A stretch of 64,000 bases of DNA, taken from positions 12,650,001-12,714,000 of the forward strand of contig CM097885.1 in assembly GCA_044892525.1 (NCBI GenBank). Reading direction: 5' to 3'. The position numbers and the translations under genes were made by a program. Below are positions 60,945-64,000 of the stretch, piece by piece (the first letter of the stretch is position 1; each line of letters begins with the position of its first letter). This DNA comes from Schmidtea polychroa. Taxonomy: Eukaryota. Below the pieces are notes generated by a model. The model made no database searches. It was not told the DNA's origin and saw only the letters and a list, made by a program, of their open reading frames with translations.

Positions 60945-61690
60945 GTCAAGGAAAAACGAATTTGAATATGTTGATTGCTGGAAATATATCAAAAAATGAA
61001 TCATGAAGCTGCTAATTGTAAAGCTTGTCCTAAGCCCATCTCATGCCAAGGGTCATCCACAGCTGGTTTGCATCGGCATTTGGAGCATGCACATTCAATG
61101 AGACCCATACAAAATGCAGCAATATTTATCCAAATGTAAAACATAGCAAAAGCAGAAACATCAATTTCAGTTGAAAAGTTTTTTTAAGTTCAACGGCCAA
61201 TTGTTAATGAAATCGTTTCTAAATGATCCGCTAAAGGCGGTCTGGCCATATCAGGCAAATATGTAGCAGTGATTTCATACGGAATGGCTTAAACATTCGG
61301 ATTTACTTTATCAAAGCAGCCTAGAGATGTAATGAAACTGATATTCGGCTGCTGCTGCGGTGAAATCAAAGGAAATATAATTAAGAATATTAAAAAAGGC
61401 AGCTAGAAACCCAAAAAGTTAGTTTATCGATTGCTGAATGGGCCAGTTCAAATATTTGCATGCGTATTACAGTGTTACTGATTCTTATAATTTGGGGCTG
61501 GTTAGAATGCATGGCAGCCGCCCCGCAGCGATTTTAATCACTTTTGTTGAAGGCAAGCTTAAATGTTTTGGATTTAGTTGCGATAAAGATATTGTGGCGA
61601 TTACGAGTGACGGAGCCAGCGCAATGTTATTATTTGGTCGATTGTCACCAGCCGCTCATCAGCTGTGCTGCAGCCATGCTATTTGGCATT
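60945..61690 (+). pseudogene. hAT transposase remnant (BED finger and catalytic core)
   Basis: ANCKAC...SSTAGLHRHLEHAH; NLGLVRM.GS, AITSDGASAM, QLCCSHAI; many stops and frameshifts. Confidence 0.85.
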
Positions 61691-62170
61691 TGGCATTTGG
61701 CATTGGCATTTGGCAGCTGGCATTTGGCATTGGCATTTGGCATTGGGCATTGGCATTTGCATTCGCCATTGGCATTTGGCATTGGCATTTGGCATTGGCA
61801 TTTGGCATTTGGCATTGGCATTTGCATTTGGCATTGGCATTTGGCATTGACATTTGGCATTTGGCATTGGCATTGGCATTGGGCATTTGGCATTGGGCAT
61901 TGGGCAGCTGGCATTTGGCAGCTGGCATTTGGCAGCTGGCATTTGGCAGCTGGCATTTGGCAGCTGGCATTTGGCAGCTGGCATTTGGCATTGGGCATTT
62001 GGCAGCTGGCATTTGGCATTGGGCATTGGCATTTGGCATTTGGCATTGGCATTGGTATTGGTATTGGCATTTGGCATTGGCATTTGGCATTGGCATTTGG
62101 CAATGGCATTTGGCATTTGGCATTTGGCATTGGCATTTGCATTTGGCATTTGGCATTGGCATTTGGCATT
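61683..62170. repeat. (TGGCAT/TGGCATT/TGGCAGC)n simple repeat
   Basis: Direct reading. Confidence 0.95.
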
Positions 62171-63342
62171 CCTTAACAGTACTGCCGTATAATATTTCTG
62201 ATGGGTTCTGGAAGGCCGAAAGGAGGTCTTATGTCGGATGTATTCCTTAATAATTTATGGTCATATGAACACTTTGGTAACGAGTGATAACACACAAAAA
62301 CAGATTCGCCTTTGTGCCTTCTTTCCATATTTTGCATATGGCTTGATGTTTGACTTACTGTGATTAAACTCTGATGAAGATCTGATTCAATAACATAAAA
62401 AAGGAAAAGAAACAACATTATTATTTATTATAAGGAGATAACTAATGGTACATTATTTCATAAAATGGTGACGATCACAAGAGGAGGTATCTCCTAATTC
62501 ACATGATCACAAGTTTGATTTTTCCTTTGGAACTTCTCCTGAGGTAGTTCCAGAACGGGCGTGCGCAGATCAATAGTTGTCGCCAGGAGCTGAACTCCAA
62601 AATATGTTCAGATGACCAGTGTTGTCGATGTTGTACAGCATAAGAGAGCAGATGAAGCGAGTAGAGTTACTTCTGAAGCCTTAAAATTATTAGCAACAAC
62701 ATTATCTGGGCAACTATCGAGAAATTTCGCAATATCGAAATCTGTGAAAATTTGAGCGTCATGATATCACTTGCGATTTCACAACTGAATTTAGAAGAAT
62801 TAAAATTTTTTAAAATAGCCAAATAAAAAAAGATGTGTTTAAAATTATCTAGTTTTTGAAAAAAGATTTCCAATAATATTTATTATTTTAATACCACATA
62901 ATAACAACAACAACAACAAAAACATAAATAATAATTTTATTTTAAATAATTTTCAGTTCATAAGAATTATTAATTTATTACAAAATTTCTCTATACACAA
63001 TATTGCGCGTGAATATATGATTGTATATATAGTATAATAATAATAATAATAATAATTATTCATTTAAGTTACTAATAACAATTAATAGATAAATTTATTA
63101 AAATATAACTGAAAAATATATTGAGCGCCACAGAATCAGTGAGTGAGTGAGCGATTGAATGACCTGGACCTTTATAACATATATATTTAAAATTTATTGT
63201 TGATAAAATTATACTATTTACGGTAAATATAAATTATATATAAATACAATAAAGTCTATATAGATGCGTCCTAAGAGTACAAATTGGTATTATTAAAGAA
63301 AGGATTCGAAAAGAGACTAACAATTTCAATAAAACAGATATA

Positions 63343-64000
63343 TTATTTTTCATGTTTTTGAAAATAATTTTTCAAAATAAAAAGACAATTTAAATGTTTG
63401 TCTGTCAAACGTCCTCTTAGTTTGGATGCAAAATTATTTGAAACGGAAAAGTTTCTCTCATTTTCTGTTGAAGTAGGTTTTATAGTCATTATTGCTTCCT
63501 TTAGTTTTTTTAAATTTTCGGTTATATTTCCAGTTGCTTCATAAATACTTATTTCTTGGGAAAGTACACGATATTCGTCATCGCTCACAATTTTGATTGG
63601 TGCCAGTGTTTTTGAAATAGATTCTTCCAATTGCTTGCTCATATTACACATTTTTATATTAGAATTATTATTATTTTCTTGAGTAATTGTAATACAATTT
63701 TCGTCATCATTTTCTATTACCATATCCACATCTTCATCAGTGTTTTTAAACAACCATTTTAAAATCAATTTGGCTCTCTTCATTACTTTTATTTTAGAAA
63801 AATTAATTTTAAAAAAATATCCTCATCCTCATGTTGATCTTCAGGAATACAAAAAGTATTATGATCCAGTATAAATTTAAGCAGTGATACTAACGTAACG
63901 TCTCTTCTTTTTGATATTTGAGTTTTATTTCTTTTAAAAGAGATGAACTTTTTATAATAGTAAATTTTAAATTAAATTCAGTAGCCTCAGTTGATCTATT
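63343..64000 (-). pseudogene. hAT transposase C-terminus (dimerization domain), runs off the window
   Basis: IKPTSTENERNFS.....KLRGRLTDKHLNCLFILKNYF. Confidence 0.85.

Noticed and set aside
61544..62192. Multiple overlapping WHLAFGI / MPNAKCQ ORFs
   Set aside because: Artefacts of a stop-free simple repeat
63120..63190. (GTGA)n with a Helitron-like 5' end on the minus strand
   Set aside because: No clear TC start or matching CTRR 3' end could be placed

Overview
AT-rich eukaryotic DNA made almost entirely of nested mobile elements. (AAT)n microsatellites, ~45-nt introns and TRAF-like genes suggest a flatworm/planarian-like host (inference only). (1) 1-17114: 3' part of a very large Ty3/Gypsy-type LTR retroelement. 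One reading frame (3..11219, ~3738 aa once two in-frame TAA stops are bridged; open at the window edge) carries a ubiquitin-like domain, a Bcl-2-like domain, a viral fusion-type glycoprotein placed BEFORE protease-RT-RNaseH-integrase, ankyrin repeats and a second membrane module. A cassette of 3' accessory ORFs (including a complete intronless TRAF) and a probable 760-bp 3' LTR follow. (2) ~21300-35980: rearranged, decayed Polinton/Maverick material with capsid, protease, two pPolB copies and an IAP-type RING gene. It also holds a pogo insertion, a palindrome array and a five-exon poly-SIM acidic coding unit missed by the ORF track. (3) 43647-58567: a structurally complete 14.9-kb Polinton/Maverick of another type, with TIRs, CATAAT TSD, a PLA2-integrase fusion and four tRNA-like Pol III units next to its TIRs. 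(4) A host TRAF-like relic, a MITE, a non-autonomous Helitron and hAT remnants. All domain calls come from motif recognition by eye; no searches were run.
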